Positions 33,668-45,085 of a DNA stretch of 55,187 nt are shown here, piece by piece. Source of the DNA: Prorocentrum cordatum (taxonomy: Eukaryota); contig CAUYUJ010000178.1 in assembly GCA_963575745.1 (NCBI GenBank), positions 62,001 to 117,187 of the forward strand, given 5' to 3'. Under the pieces are notes generated by a model, which was not told the origin of the DNA, ran no database searches, and saw nothing but the letters and a program-made list of their open reading frames with translations. The position numbers were made by a program, and so were the translations under genes. Every line of letters starts with the position of its first letter. The stretch's first letter is position 1.

Positions 33668-34814
33668 CTCGGAAGTCGTCAAGCGGACAGCAAGAGCCGT
33701 CATGGAAACTTACCTGGAGAGCTGGGCTCCATGGCGCTAGTGCATGTATGCGCTTCCCAGTGCGAGATGTGCATCTGGGCACTGGCACCATGGCGATCTC
33801 AAGGCATCTCTGCGGATGCAGGATCCGGCAGGCGGCGGGATCAGTGGGCGCAGCCCTGGGCACTGGCACGGCCTCGGTGGGCGTGAGTCGATTCCTCCAT
33901 GCGATCTGCGTTGCATCTGCGCTTGCATGGGCTCTACAGGCTGCCACCGCTCAGGCATCAGGAGCGGCCGGGTCGGCCCTTGCTCGAGGAGCGCCCCGCG
34001 CCGACAGCCAGCACGGCCGCCCTGGGCCTGCGCAGGCCTCCCCGACACCCTCGGCTGCGGCTCCGGGGAGGTCGGGGTCGACAGCGGCGCCGGCACAGCC
34101 GCGGTGGATGGCCGCCAGGTGCCGCGAGCAGGCATGACCTGCGCGCTACAGGACCAGGGGAACCAAAAAGGGCATAGACATAAAAATTCGGAGGTCCGCG
34201 CGGACCTCCGAGGGTTCTTATGTTTGTGTCACTTCTTGTTCCCCCTAGATACAGGACGGGCGAGGTGATGAATCGTACGGCAAGCCACTCGATACCCACC
34301 TGCATCATCCAGCAGCCTGCCACCCGAGTGCGAGCCGGCTGCGGCAACACACCGCCGCCGCGACGGTGTTGGCCAAGCGCTCGAGGTCCACGGGGGCAGA
34401 CGTGGACGTGGAGGCGGCGATCCTGGAGCTGCACCGCGACGACGAGCACGGAGTGCTGCCTGAGCGGTGCGTGGACCTCGTCGCGCGGGGGCCGGGCGGC
34501 AGGCTTCGATTCCCCCCCGATCGACGTCGCACGTCCGCTCCCCGTCTGCCGCGGGCGCGGCCCCTTCGGGCTCTGCGCCAGGGGCTGCAGCCCGGAAGGC
34601 CGCGAAGGGCACGGCCAAGCCGTGCGAGAGGCCACCCTCCGCCCCGCCCGCCGCCGAGCAGGGCGCGGCCGCGCGGGCGCGGCCGCGCTGCAGGCGCTCC
34701 TCGCTCTCCGCTGCGAGAGCTGCGTCCTTGGACGGCTCCGGCCCCGCAACGCGGCGGCTGTGAGCGTCCGGTGCCTGAGGCCCGGCCTGGCCTGCACCGG
34801 ACGGGCCTAGAGCT

Positions 34815-34999
34815 CCCAGACAGGATCGCGTCGTAACAACCTCAGCACGGGAGGTTTTTGCCCGCTTTCGGCCTCGGGGGGCCCTCGCCGGGCCTCGGGA
34901 CCGTCAAAAAATGATTCAGGATGTAAAACCGGTCCCGGGGAAAGGGTCGGGGTTTCCAGGGACCCCGTATGGAAAAAATCAGGACGTCGCATGTCTGGG
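34815..34999. mobile_element. MITE family C
   Basis: cccagac...gtctggg with flanks ctagagct / ctagagcc. Confidence 0.85.
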
Positions 35000-35580
35000 C
35001 TAGAGCCGAGAGAAATCCGTTCCAGAGCGTTCCGGAGCGCTCTCAGGGCGGTTTGGAACGCTCTGAAACCGCCGCGCCGTCCGCTGCATCCTCCAAAGCC
35101 GACGACTCTCAGAGGCTTCTGATGCACATCGGCCCGATGTTCGGTGACTACAAAGGGTGTGGTTACGCCAGGGTGTGGTTTGCGATCGGCGCCGTTGGGG
35201 CATTGGGGGCACGACACTGTCCTCGTCGGGCCTTCCCAGAGCGCAGCGAAGAACACTATCGAGGTCCCCGCCCGCCCCCCGGGGTGCTCCCACGGGTACC
35301 CTGTGCAAACCACGCCTTTTGCAAACCACACCCTTCGGAGTCGCCGAGATAGCGGGACGGGAAAATTACCACAGCCACTGCTTCTTGTTTGCGCCGCCTT
35401 CCAGCCGGCCGAAAAAGAAGCAGTGGTTGTGGTCATCTCCCTGGTGCCAAGCTCCACGAAAATGACCACCACCACTGCCTTGCTTCTGCGGGCAGGACGG
35501 CGGCAGCAACAGAAAAGCAGTGGCTGTGGTCGTTTTCACGCCCCGTAGAGATGCTGTCTCGGTTCTGCCTTCGTCTTGCT

Positions 35581-35744
35581 TCAGGAGGGAAAAAAACACA
35601 GAGACACAATTAATCCTCGATTCCCCCGAAAATATGGGAAAACATGGGAAGTGGGGGGGAAGACAGAAACCCAAAAATTTATGGAAAAATACGGGGAATG
35701 TTTTTGTTTGTGTGTATTGATTTGTGTGTCCTGGGGCCCCTTCG
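35581..35744 (+). mobile_element. MITE family E
   Basis: tcaggaggg...ccccttcg with flanks ttgct/ctgct (4/5). Confidence 0.72.
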
Positions 35745-35876
35745 CTGCTGGAGTCCGAGCTCGTCCTCCACGTCGGCCACGCGAGCCCGGCGGCCCTCGA
35801 GGCGGCCGCGGCGCCGCCCCCACGCCAGCGCCACCCCGCACCACCGCCGCCCGCTGCCTGGCCGCCCGGGTTAGGT

Positions 35877-36398
35877 TTGGGTCGGGCCTGTCCCTCTGCA
35901 GGGGGAATACACCCTGCGAAATGCTTAAGAAATCATGGGTTAAGAAATTCATAGTCTCAGAACTTGAATAAAAACCAAACATTTCCGTTAAAATCTTAAG
36001 ATTTACATTGAAACGTTAAGAATAATCGAGACTCTGGCCGAAAACGTAAGTTTTCTTAAGCATCGCCTAAGGTGTATTCAAAAGCAGTCAAAACTAAGAG
36101 GATGGGGACGATGTTTTTATGATTTCAATCGCTTCGCTCATTCCGCCGGCCCAGACAGTCTCAGGCCTGCCGTCTGCCCGAGGGCCTGGTGTCAATGCGG
36201 CGCTTTGGGGGTTCCTGGGGCCGCTTGGGGGACTCCTGGGGCGCTCGGGGGGGCATTTGGAGGAATATTCAAAAGCAGTCAAAAATAAGAGGATGGGGAC
36301 GATGTTTCTATCATTTTGGGGTGTGTGGTTTGCCTCTTGTTCGACTATGTGCCATTCTTCTTCCCAAATCCGCCTGGAGGAGGACGTGCCCGACCTAA
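35877..36398. mobile_element. MITE family A copy interrupted by MITE B (35910-36074) and an internal duplication
   Basis: A ends gtcgggcctgtcc...gtgcccgacctaa with TSD ggttaggt/ggctaggt. B is inserted at the TA of ggaaTAttcaaaa, with the TA duplicated. Confidence 0.85.
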
Positions 36399-36679
36399 GG
36401 CTAGGTGCGAAGCCCGAGCAGAGTGGCACGAGAGCCTCGCCGGTGGGCCCCCGCAGCGTTCTGCCGTCCCCGCGTTTCTGCACCGAGGCGTCGGCTCTCG
36501 GAGGCTGTTGGGCTGAACCGCCACGCCCCAGAGCGCTCTCCCTTTCTCCCTCTCCCTCTCCCTCCCTCTCTCTCTCTCTCTTGGCCGTGCTGATTGAATC
36601 TTGGAGGGCTCCTCCTCCTCCTCCCTCCTCGGGAGCTCTTCCTTAGTGTGGTCAGAAGTCACTTGCAGTCCGCAACGGG

Positions 36680-37935
36680 GTCCACTCCACTCCACTCCAC
36701 TCCTCCTCCTCCTCCTCCTCCTCCTCCCTCCCTCCTCCTCCCTCCTCCTCCTCCTCCCCCTCCTCCTCCTCCTCCTCCGCCTCCTCCTCCTCCTCCTCCT
36801 CCTCCTCCTCCTCCTTCTCCTCCTCCTCTTCCTCTCCACCGGGGTAGCCACGCGTCACGCGTCCAGAGATAGGATTTTTTGTCGGTGGAGGGGGTGAGAG
36901 CCGCTTCCCCGCGGGGAGGAGCAAGAGGCCCGCAGGGGCAGGAGGAGGAGGAGGAGGAGGACGGCGGCGACGACGACGGTGGATGAGGCCAAGAAGAGGG
37001 GAAAGAGGAGAATGGAGGAGGAGGAGGAGGAGGAGGAGGAGGAGCAGGACGAGAAGAACGAGGAGACAGAGCAGAGGAGGAGGAGTAGGAGAGGAGGAGG
37101 AGGAGCAGGAGGAGGAGGGGAGGAGAGGAGGAGAGCAGGCGGATGGAGCAGGAGAGGAGGTACCGAGGAGGAGGAGAAGGAGTAGGAGGAGGAGGTGGAG
37201 GAGCAGAATGGAGAGAAGGTAGCAGAGGAGGAGAGAGGAGGAGGAGGAGGAGGAGGAGATGAGGAAGAGGAGGAGGAGGATGAGGAGGAGGAGGAGGAGG
37301 ATGAGGGGAAGAGAGAGGAGGAGCACGTGCGGAGGAGGAGAAGGAGGAGGAGGAGGAGGAGTAACGAGGAGCATGAAGGAGGAGAGGACGAGCAGGAGGA
37401 GGGAGAGGGAGGAGGAGGAGAAGGAGGGAGGAGGAAGGAGGAGGAGGAGGAGGAGGAGGGGAGGAGAGTAGAGGAGAGGAGAGGAGAGGAGAGGAGAGGA
37501 GGAGGAGATGAGAGGAGAGGAGTAGGAGAAGGAAGAGGAGAGGAGCGGAGAGGAGAGGGAAAGGAGGGGAATGGAAAAAGGGAGAGAGCCAAGGGGAAGG
37601 GGAGGGGAGAGGAGAGGAGAGGAGAGGGGAGGAGAGGAAAAGGAAGAGAGGGGAGGAGGAGCATAGAGGAGAAGGAGGGGAGAGGTGAGGGGAGGGAAGG
37701 GAGGGGGGAAGGGGAGGGGAGGAGGGAGGAGAAGGAGGACAAGGAGAGGAATGGAGAGGAGGGAAGGAAGGAGGGGGGAGGAGGAGAAGGGGAGAAGAGC
37801 CAAGAGCAAAAGAGCAAAGAACAAAGGGGAGGAGGAGGAGGAGGAGGAGGGGCAGAGGAGGAGGAGGGCGAGGAGGAGGAGGCGGAGGAGGACGGAGGCG
37901 AAGGAGGAGGAGGAGGAGGAGCAGAGGAGGAGAAG

Positions 37936-37970
<35 letters not shown>

Positions 37971-38024
37971 GGAGGAGGAGGAGGAGGAGGTGGAGGAAGA
38001 AGGAGGAGCAGGGAGGAGAAGGAG
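36680..38024. repeat. Long (CTC)n tract followed by a ~1.1 kb degenerate (GAG)n/(GGAGA)n purine tract
   Basis: Read directly. Confidence 0.95.
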
Positions 38025-38040
38025 GGGCCGCCGCTGCCAG

Positions 38041-38122
38041 CGCGGAATTCGTGGACAAGATCTGCGAAGACGTTGAGGACGTCTTCTTCGCCCCAGGCGA
38101 GAGAATCGTCAAGGTTGGGGAG
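38041..38122 (+). CDS. CNBD gene exon (alpha-A to beta2): AEFVDKICEDVEDVFFAPGERIVKVGE
   Basis: Classic CNBD pattern F-x-PGE-x-I-x-x-x-GE, with a gag|gc donor. The 5' boundary is approximate. Confidence 0.8.
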
Positions 38123-40064
38123 GCGGCCCGAGCAGCGCCGGTCCTCTTGCGCGCGCGGCAGCACGTGGGGCAGAGAATGGGGAGGACTGCCGAGCTGAAG
38201 GGGGAGGAGGAGGAGGAGGAGGAGGAGGAGGGTCAGTGTAGACCCAAGTCGCATCCAAGATGTTGGAATAAGTTACAACAAACGCTCCCTCAGGCTCCTT
38301 CCTCGGAGGTCTCTCTACAAACATGTATTTCCCGTGCGGGAAGTGCCCCTTTGAAAGCATAGAGCCAACGCCACGAATTATCTTGACTGTTGCGTCTGGA
38401 CCACCTTAAACCTTAAACCGTCCCACTAAACCATGCTTGCGACTCCACCGCGAATCAACGTGACCGTTGCGTCCTGACAGTCCTAAATCGCACCAGAACG
38501 CCAGTCCTGGGACTTCAACCCTACGAACCTTTTGAACGATTGCAAACTTGCCGTCCCAGAACTAGCCGTGCTGGGCGTGGAGCTTGCCGTGCGCAGTCCC
38601 AGAATTAGGTGCTTGGTGGTTGGCGTCGCGTATGTCGACTTCCACAGTGGCGAGTTCGCGCACTTAGCTCCCAACAGCAAGTTTATCAAGGGAGAGGCAG
38701 CTGAGAATGCCCCCGCGGTCCCGGCCACGCGCCGCAGGTGGCAAGGCATGCCAGGCTGGCTCCAGTAAACAGCTACAGAGGAGACAGAGCAGCTTGCATC
38801 CGAGCAGCAGCCCAGAAATCCTCGCGATATCTCATGTCCAGCCCCCCTTTCATGCCCCAGCGTGTACCATTTGATAGGCTGGCCCCTCGCAAATGTCCAG
38901 GTTTCGGTACCGCCCAGCCGGACTCCGTGCAACCGAGGGAGAGGGCAGGTGCAAACATATTAGGCCTCTGGGAGGCTTCTTGGGGGAGAAGAATAAAAGT
39001 CTGGATCTTCAGGAGCCTAGGAGGCCAGCCTATTTTTGGTCACGCGCCTTCGCTTGGCACGTCACAATAGTGGGGCGGGAGGGCGCAAGCGAGATTACAT
39101 ACCATTGAGAGGGGTGCTTACCCAGCCCCATTAGATTCATGCGTCTTCGTAGGGCACGAAAACGGTAACACTTTATCCGCGTCCTATTTGTACAGCCTCG
39201 ACTATCCTCCTCACCCTCCTGCTCCTCCTGCTCCTCCTGCTCCTCCTCCTCCTCCTCCTCCTCCTCCTCCTCCTCCTCCTCCTCCTCCTCCTCCCCATGC
39301 TCCTCCTCCACCTGTTCCTCCTCCTCCCCTTATTCCTCCTGCTCCTCCTCCTCGTCCTCCTCCTCCTCGCCCTCCTCCTCCTCCACGTCCTCCTTCCAAC
39401 TTGACGGCCACCATGGCCGAGGGGTCCCGACCATCTCGGCGCGAATGGGCCCATGGCATAAGCCCCACGGAAGTTCCCGCTCGGGAGGCTTGGGCGCCAT
39501 GCTTGCCGCAACGCGACAACGAACGATGGGGTTTCGTTGTGAGTGAGCGGGATTGCGTATGCGGGTGAATCAGGATGCAAGCGAGCATGGTAGTATGAGT
39601 GTGCCTGAGTCGTCTGAGTGATTCTCGGTATGACTGAATACCAGTGTGAGTGAGTCTGAGTATGAGCCTGGTCTGAGCGAGTCCGAGTGCGAGAGAGTCT
39701 GAGCATGGTGAGTATGATAATGAGTGAGGGAGGGAGGCGGGAGGGAGTGAAGGAGTGAGGCGAAGGCATCTTACGAAGAACAGGAAACTCATGTTTAGGA
39801 TTCCTCCTCCGCCTCCCCCTCCTTCTCCTTCTCATCCTTCTCCCCCACCTCCTCCACCTCCTCGTCCTTTTCTTTCTCCTTCTCCCCATCCTTCTCCGCC
39901 TGACTCTCCTCCTCCCCAAGCAGTCTCTCGAGGCCCTCAGAGGCCTCCAGAAGTTTCCACAGGCACGCGGAAGCCCAAGAGGTAAGGACGATTCGTTTCG
40001 ATATTCCAATATCCTCTTCCAGATCTTCCTCCGACAACGGCGACGGCGGCAGCGACGATATATT

Positions 40065-40495
40065 GACGACGACCTTGTCGACGACGACGACGACGACGAC
40101 TACGACGACGACGACGACGACGGCGACGACGACGGCGACGACGACGACGACCTCGACGACGGCGGCGGCGGCGGCGGCGAGGGCGGGGGGCCCTGAGCCT
40201 CCCGAGGACCCCCTTCCCGCCGGCAGGCGTGCAGGCTTGGCCTCACCCCCTGCTACGTGCTGCTCTGCGGCGAGGCCCCGCCGCCTTCGCCGCCGCTGTC
40301 GTCGTCGTCGTTTCTTCGTCGTCGTCGTCGTCGCCGTTTTCGTCGTCGTCGTTTCGGCGTCGTCGTCGCCGCCGTCGTCGTCGTCGTCTTCGGTTCGTCA
40401 TTGTCTTCGTCGTCCTCGTTTCGTCGTCGTCGCCGTCGTCGACGTTTCGTCGTCGTCGCGAACGTCGTTCAAGACGGCGTCGGCGGCGGTGGCGA
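40065..40495. repeat. (ACG)n and (CGT)n microsatellites on either side of a micro-exon
   Basis: ACG tract ~40065-40180 and CGT tract ~40290-40480. Confidence 0.9.
40227..40274 (+). CDS. CNBD gene micro-exon (beta3): ACRLGLTPCYVLLCGE
   Basis: cag|G acceptor and gag|gc donor, phase 0 at both ends. It supplies the YVLL-x-G strand missing between the neighbouring exons. Confidence 0.75.
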
Positions 40496-40989
40496 CAACC
40501 CTGACGTCCTCCAGTTGTGGAGAATCCATAGAAGGTTTCTCCACAGTTCGGCCTCTGAGGGCCCTCGCCAGGCCCCGGGACCGCCAAAAAGTGACGGGAT
40601 GAGACATCTGCCCCGGAGAGCTCTTCTCAGACGCTGCCGATGTGGTTCCAGGGCCTCCCACGTTCCCGGCAGCACTGACGAGGCCCCAGGGAGGAAAAGC
40701 CACCCCGACCTCCAGACTTGAGATGACTAAACATCCCTCGGCGTTTACCAAACGACCCTGTCCTGTTCGATCCCTTCCTTACGTGCGTTGACGACTGGTT
40801 TCGCTTGACGAAGTGCTTCTTATGAGAGTGGCTACCACGCGCAGCTGCTAACGAGGCCTAGGAGCTCCACGAGCAAGCGCTGGCAGTCGGCCCAGGCTGT
40901 TGTTGTACGTGCTGCCACAGCTGTGGCCCTGGAGGCGATCAGAGACTGCTCACATGGCGGTTGGCCGATCCTGCGATAGATGCTTGGAC

Positions 40990-42155
40990 GTCCTCCTCCT
41001 CTTCCTCCTCCTCCTCCTCCTTCTCCTCCTCCTCCTCCTCCTTCTCCTCTCCTCATCCTCCTCCCTTCTCCTCCTCCTCCCCTCTCTTCCCCCTCCTCCC
41101 CCTCCTCCCCCTCTCCTCCTCCCCCCCTCCGCCTCCTCCCCCTTCTCCTCCCCCTTCTCCTCCCCCTCCTCCTCCCGCTCCTCCTCTCCTCCTCCTCCTC
41201 CTCCTCCTCCTCTCCTCCTCCTCCTCTCCTCCTCCTCATCCTCATCCTCTCCTCTTCTCCTCCTCCTCCTCCTCCTCCTCCTCCTCCTCCTCCTCCCCCC
41301 CTCAGCCTTCGGAGCAGGCCCCACAGGCCGCCCTGCCCTGCTTGATGAACGCCTGCGCTGCCACTCGCCGCTCGCTCTCCGAGGCCGTCGTCGAGGACGA
41401 GTTCTCCCTGAAGGTCGGCACGCTCTGGCCCGGCGACGTGTTCGGGGAGGCGCCGCCCCCCTTGAGCGGCTCGCTTCCTCCGCCCCCCCTCTTTCGGCCG
41501 CGTCTTCCTCCTGCTCCACCCCCCTCCTCCTCCTCCTCCTCCTCCTCCTCCTCCTACTCCTCCTCCCCTCCTCCTCCTCCTCCCTCCTCCTTTCATCATC
41601 ATCCATCATCATCATCAGCATCATCATCAGCTAGCAGCAGCATCAGCATCATCATCGCAGCATCATCATCTATCAGCATCCTCATCTCATCCTCATCCCT
41701 CATCCTCATCTTCATCCTCATCCTCAGCCTCCCCATTCTGCCTCCTCCTCCTCCTCTCCTACTCATCCGCTTCTTCCTCATCCTCCTCCTTCCCCTCCCT
41801 CTCCTCCTCTCCTCCTCCTGCGGCGCAGTGCGGCGCAAAGGCGGTCTCCGCCGCACGCCGCGTCTCCTCCTCCTCCTATTCCTCCGTCCTCCTCCTCCTC
41901 CTCCACTCCTCCTCCTCATCTTCTCCTCCTCCTCCTCTTCCTCCTCCTCCTCCTCCTCCTCCCCTCCCCCCCTCCTCCCCCCTCTCCTCCTACTCTCCTC
42001 CTCCTCCTCCTCCTCCTCACCCCTCCTTCCTCCTCCTCCTCCTCCTCCTCCTCCGCTCCTCCTCCCCACCCTCCTCCTCCTTCTCTCCTCCTCCTCCTTC
42101 TCCTCCTCCTCTTCCTCCTCCTCATCCTCCTCCTCCTGCTCCTCCGCCTCCTCTT
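40990..42155. repeat. (CCT)n and (CAT)n tracts surrounding the 41384 exon
   Basis: Read directly. Confidence 0.92.
41384..41449 (+). CDS. CNBD gene exon (beta4-beta6): AVVEDEFSLKVGTLWPGDVFGE
   Basis: Signature L-x-PGD-x-FGE, with gag|G acceptor and gag|gc donor. Confidence 0.82.
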
Positions 42156-42419
42156 TCAGAATGGTGGCACGATGTGCCCTAACGGCACCCCCTTGTTTAG
42201 GCCTCTCCGCTAGCGCAGACTTCCCTTGCCTCGCCGCCGACGCAAAGAAAGTGATCGGGGAGGCGCCTGCGGGCGGGGCCTGCGGGCCACGGCGCGCCAC
42301 CGCGCCCTGGCCAGAGGTTTTCGTTGGTGGTTCCCCACATGTTTCGTGGGGTTATGGTGTTCTTCCTGCCCGCGTCGCACCCGCGTCGCCTCTTCACCCC
42401 TCCTCCTCCTTCCCCTTCT

Positions 42420-42528
42420 CACACAGCACAGCGCAGCACAGCACACAGCACATACACATACACATACACATACACAAGACACAAGACACAAGCACGCACA
42501 CGCACGCACGCACGCACGCACGCACGCG

Positions 42529-42583
<55 letters not shown>

Positions 42584-42663
42584 CACACACCACGCACACA
42601 CCACGCACAGCAAAGTACAGCACAGCACAACACAACACAGCACAGCACAGCACAGCACAGCAC
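42420..42663. repeat. (CAGCA)n, (CACG)n and (CA)n microsatellites
   Basis: Read directly. Confidence 0.92.
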
Positions 42664-42704
42664 GACCCGCAGGGAGTGAGGATATTTCGCTGGTAGTTTC
42701 AATT

Positions 42705-43350
42705 TCCTCGACACCACAGGGGGGGCGCTGGTTCCCGAGCGCGGCGTCTATGCGGGCCATGGCGCAGGGCATAGCAGGTGTGGCACTTTCTCGACGCCAG
42801 AGGGGGTTTGCAGGGAGTGGTCCCCGAGCGCGGCGTCTATGCGGGCCATGGCGCAGAGCATAGCAGGCGTGGCACTTTCTCGGCACCATAGGGGGTGCGC
42901 AGGGGGTGGTCCCCGAGCGCGGCGTCTATGCGGGCCATGGCGCAGGGCATAGCAGGCGTGGCACTTTCTTGACACCATAGGGGGTGCACAGGGGGTGGTC
43001 CCCGAGCGCGGCGTCTATGCGGGCCATGGCGCAGGGAATATCAGGCGTGGCACTTTCTCGACATCATAGGGGGTGCGCAGGAGGTGGTCCCCGAGCGCGG
43101 CATCTACGCTGGCCATGGCGCAGAGCATAGCAGGCGTGGCACTTTCTCGACGCCAGAGGGGGTGCGCAGGGAGTGGTCCCCGAGCGCGGCGTCTATGCGG
43201 GCCATGGCGCAGGGCATAGCAGGTGTGGCACTTTCTCGGCACCACAGGGGGTGCGCAGGGGGTGGTCCCCGAGCGCGGCGTCTATGCGGGCCATGGCGCA
43301 GGGCATAGCAGGCGTGGCCGTTTCCCGACGCCAGGGGGGGTGCGCAGGGA
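42705..43350. repeat. 89-bp minisatellite, about 7 copies
   Basis: The unit ggtccccgagcgcggcgtctatgcgggccatggcgcag... starts at 42730, 42819, 42908, 42997, 43086, 43175 and 43264. Confidence 0.95.
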
Positions 43351-43523
43351 ACGGCCACCAACATCGTTCTCACATGCTCCGCTCCAGCTATCATCACTCC
43401 AGCCATCATAGAAGTATGTGGGGGTTCCTCGGCAGCGTCATCGTCGACTGTCGCGGGTGTCCGCCGGTGCTCGGCGGTTGCCTCTCGGCTCGCGGTGCTC
43501 TCCGGCCGCCGCGCCTCGCCGAG

Positions 43524-43559
43524 GGCGCTCTCCTGGGGGGGCCCAGCTCGCCCCGCACG
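43524..43559 (+). CDS. CNBD gene micro-exon (phosphate-binding cassette): GALLGGPSSPRT
   Basis: Completes FGE-GALL-x5-PRT. gag|G acceptor and g|gc donor. The 3' end is approximate. Confidence 0.7.
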
Positions 43560-43889
43560 GCCGCCGGGGGCCCGAGCGGTGGCCCGGCGGCCCGAGCTCC
43601 GACGGCACGGCATGACTCCCTGAGCAGCTTGACCGCAAGGCTCGATCCGGCCGTGCCCCAGACAGTGTTTGTCAACGACACCGCAAGGGGTACTTACTAA
43701 CGGGTACTTTGCAATGTTGCCGAAAGTTGCCACTTTAGGGCCTCTTTCTGGCAATGCAGCGTTGCCCGCATCGGGAAGGGGTGGGTTCGCTGGGTCACTG
43801 GCCAAAGTACCCGTTAGTGGAGTCCCCGTTTGAGGGGCGCTGAGTTTGCATTTCGGGGGTCGGGTTCCTGGAGCAGGAGACTGGGCGTG

Positions 43890-44610
43890 TGAGTCGGTCT
43901 GGCGGCGATGTCGTCGCCGTCGCCGTCGCCACCCCGTCGCCGCCTCGTCACCGCCCGTCGTCTGGGCTTGGTGGTCGGTCTGGCGGCTATGTCGTCGCCC
44001 TCGCCTCCACGTCGCCGACGCGTCGCCGCTCGTCGTCGGGGTTTGGGGGCCGGTTTGGCGGCTACGTTGTCGCCGTCGCCGCCCCGTCGCCGCTTCGTCG
44101 CCGCCCGTCGTCTGGCCCTGGGAGGCGGTCTGGCAGCTATGTTGTCGCCATCGCCGCCACGTCGTTGCCACGTAGATTGTACCGCATAGATTGCGCACCA
44201 CAAATGTCGCCCACATTGGTTGCACCACATAGACTGCATCACCTAGATGGCACAACATTGATTGCACAACATAGATTGCATAACATAGATCGCTCCACAT
44301 AGACTGCACGGTATGTACACATCGAATGCACAGCATAGATCCCACAACATAAATTGCATCACATAGGTTACAAAGCACATATTTCACACAAAGATTGCAC
44401 CACATAAGCTGCAATACATAGATTACCCAACATACATTGCACGAAATACACTGTACAGCACAGCTTCATTACATGGATGGCACCACTTAGATTGCACCAC
44501 ATACCTTGCACCCTCTAGATTGTACACCATCGATTGCACAACCTAGACTGCGCCACATCGATTGCACCACCACTTTGATTCCGCCACCTAGGCTGCATCA
44601 CACAGATTGC
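43890..44610. repeat. ~60-75-bp GC-rich tandem repeat followed by a degenerate 14-bp (CACATAGATTGCAC)n array
   Basis: Repeated ggtctggcggc...gtcgtcgcc...ccgcccgtcgtctgg units. Reverse-complement matches lie at ~52095-52150, ~52535-52660 and ~53555-53670. Confidence 0.8.
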
Positions 44611-44908
44611 CAGAGTGAGGGGGCCGAACGGTCATTCACTGTCCATGGGTGCGTGGCTGAAGTGGGGTTCCGCGGTGCGGATTGTTGTTGCGTTGTTTAT
44701 TGGTGTTGGCGTCACCCCACTCGCGACAGGGCCCGCGAGCCCCCCGCGAATCCCATCCCTGCAGGTCAGATTTTTCAAAAACCTGCCAGGGCTCAAAACT
44801 TGAAGGATTTCTGCAGCCACGTCGACCCCACCGGCGGTGTTCGATACCCCAGCGTCGCTTGGATCCGTAGGGGTAGGGTCGCAGGTTCGGGTTGAGCACG
44901 AACAAGAC

Positions 44909-45085
44909 TGATGGGCCTGTTTTCCACCACCACCACCACAAGTTGGAGGGGGGAAGGAGGTGGAGGACGAGGACGAGGAGGAAGAAGAGGAGGAGGAGGA
45001 GGAGGTGGAGGAGGAGGAGGAGGAGGAGGAGGACCCCTCCCCCTCCAATTTCTGGTGGTGGTGGTGGTGGAAAACCAGCCTATCA
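44909..45085. mobile_element. TIR element enclosing a (GAG)n tract
   Basis: tgatgggcctgttttccaccaccacc...ttggaggggg pairs with ccccctccaa...ggtggtggtggaaaaccagcctatca. Flanks aagac/aaggc. Confidence 0.7.

Noticed and set aside
36652..38254. Long ORFs of 290-530 aa (also 2207-3283, 25543-27957, 40961-42679 and similar)
   Set aside because: They are stop-free only because they run through GAG/CCT microsatellites and give homopolymeric translations.
38483..38932. Protein-like ORFs in unique sequence (also 20441-20680, 32960-33340, 49267-49449 and 50110-50736)
   Set aside because: I recognise no domain or splice-consistent model, so they cannot be supported without a homology search.
42262..42316. 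Alternative exon after FGE, suggested by the 13-bp repeat tcggggaggcgcc
   Set aside because: Its translation APAGGACGPRRATAPWPE fits the phosphate-binding cassette worse than 43524-43559.
42705..43350. CRISPR-like regularly spaced repeat
   Set aside because: The whole 89-bp unit repeats, there are no unique spacers and no cas genes, and the context is eukaryotic.
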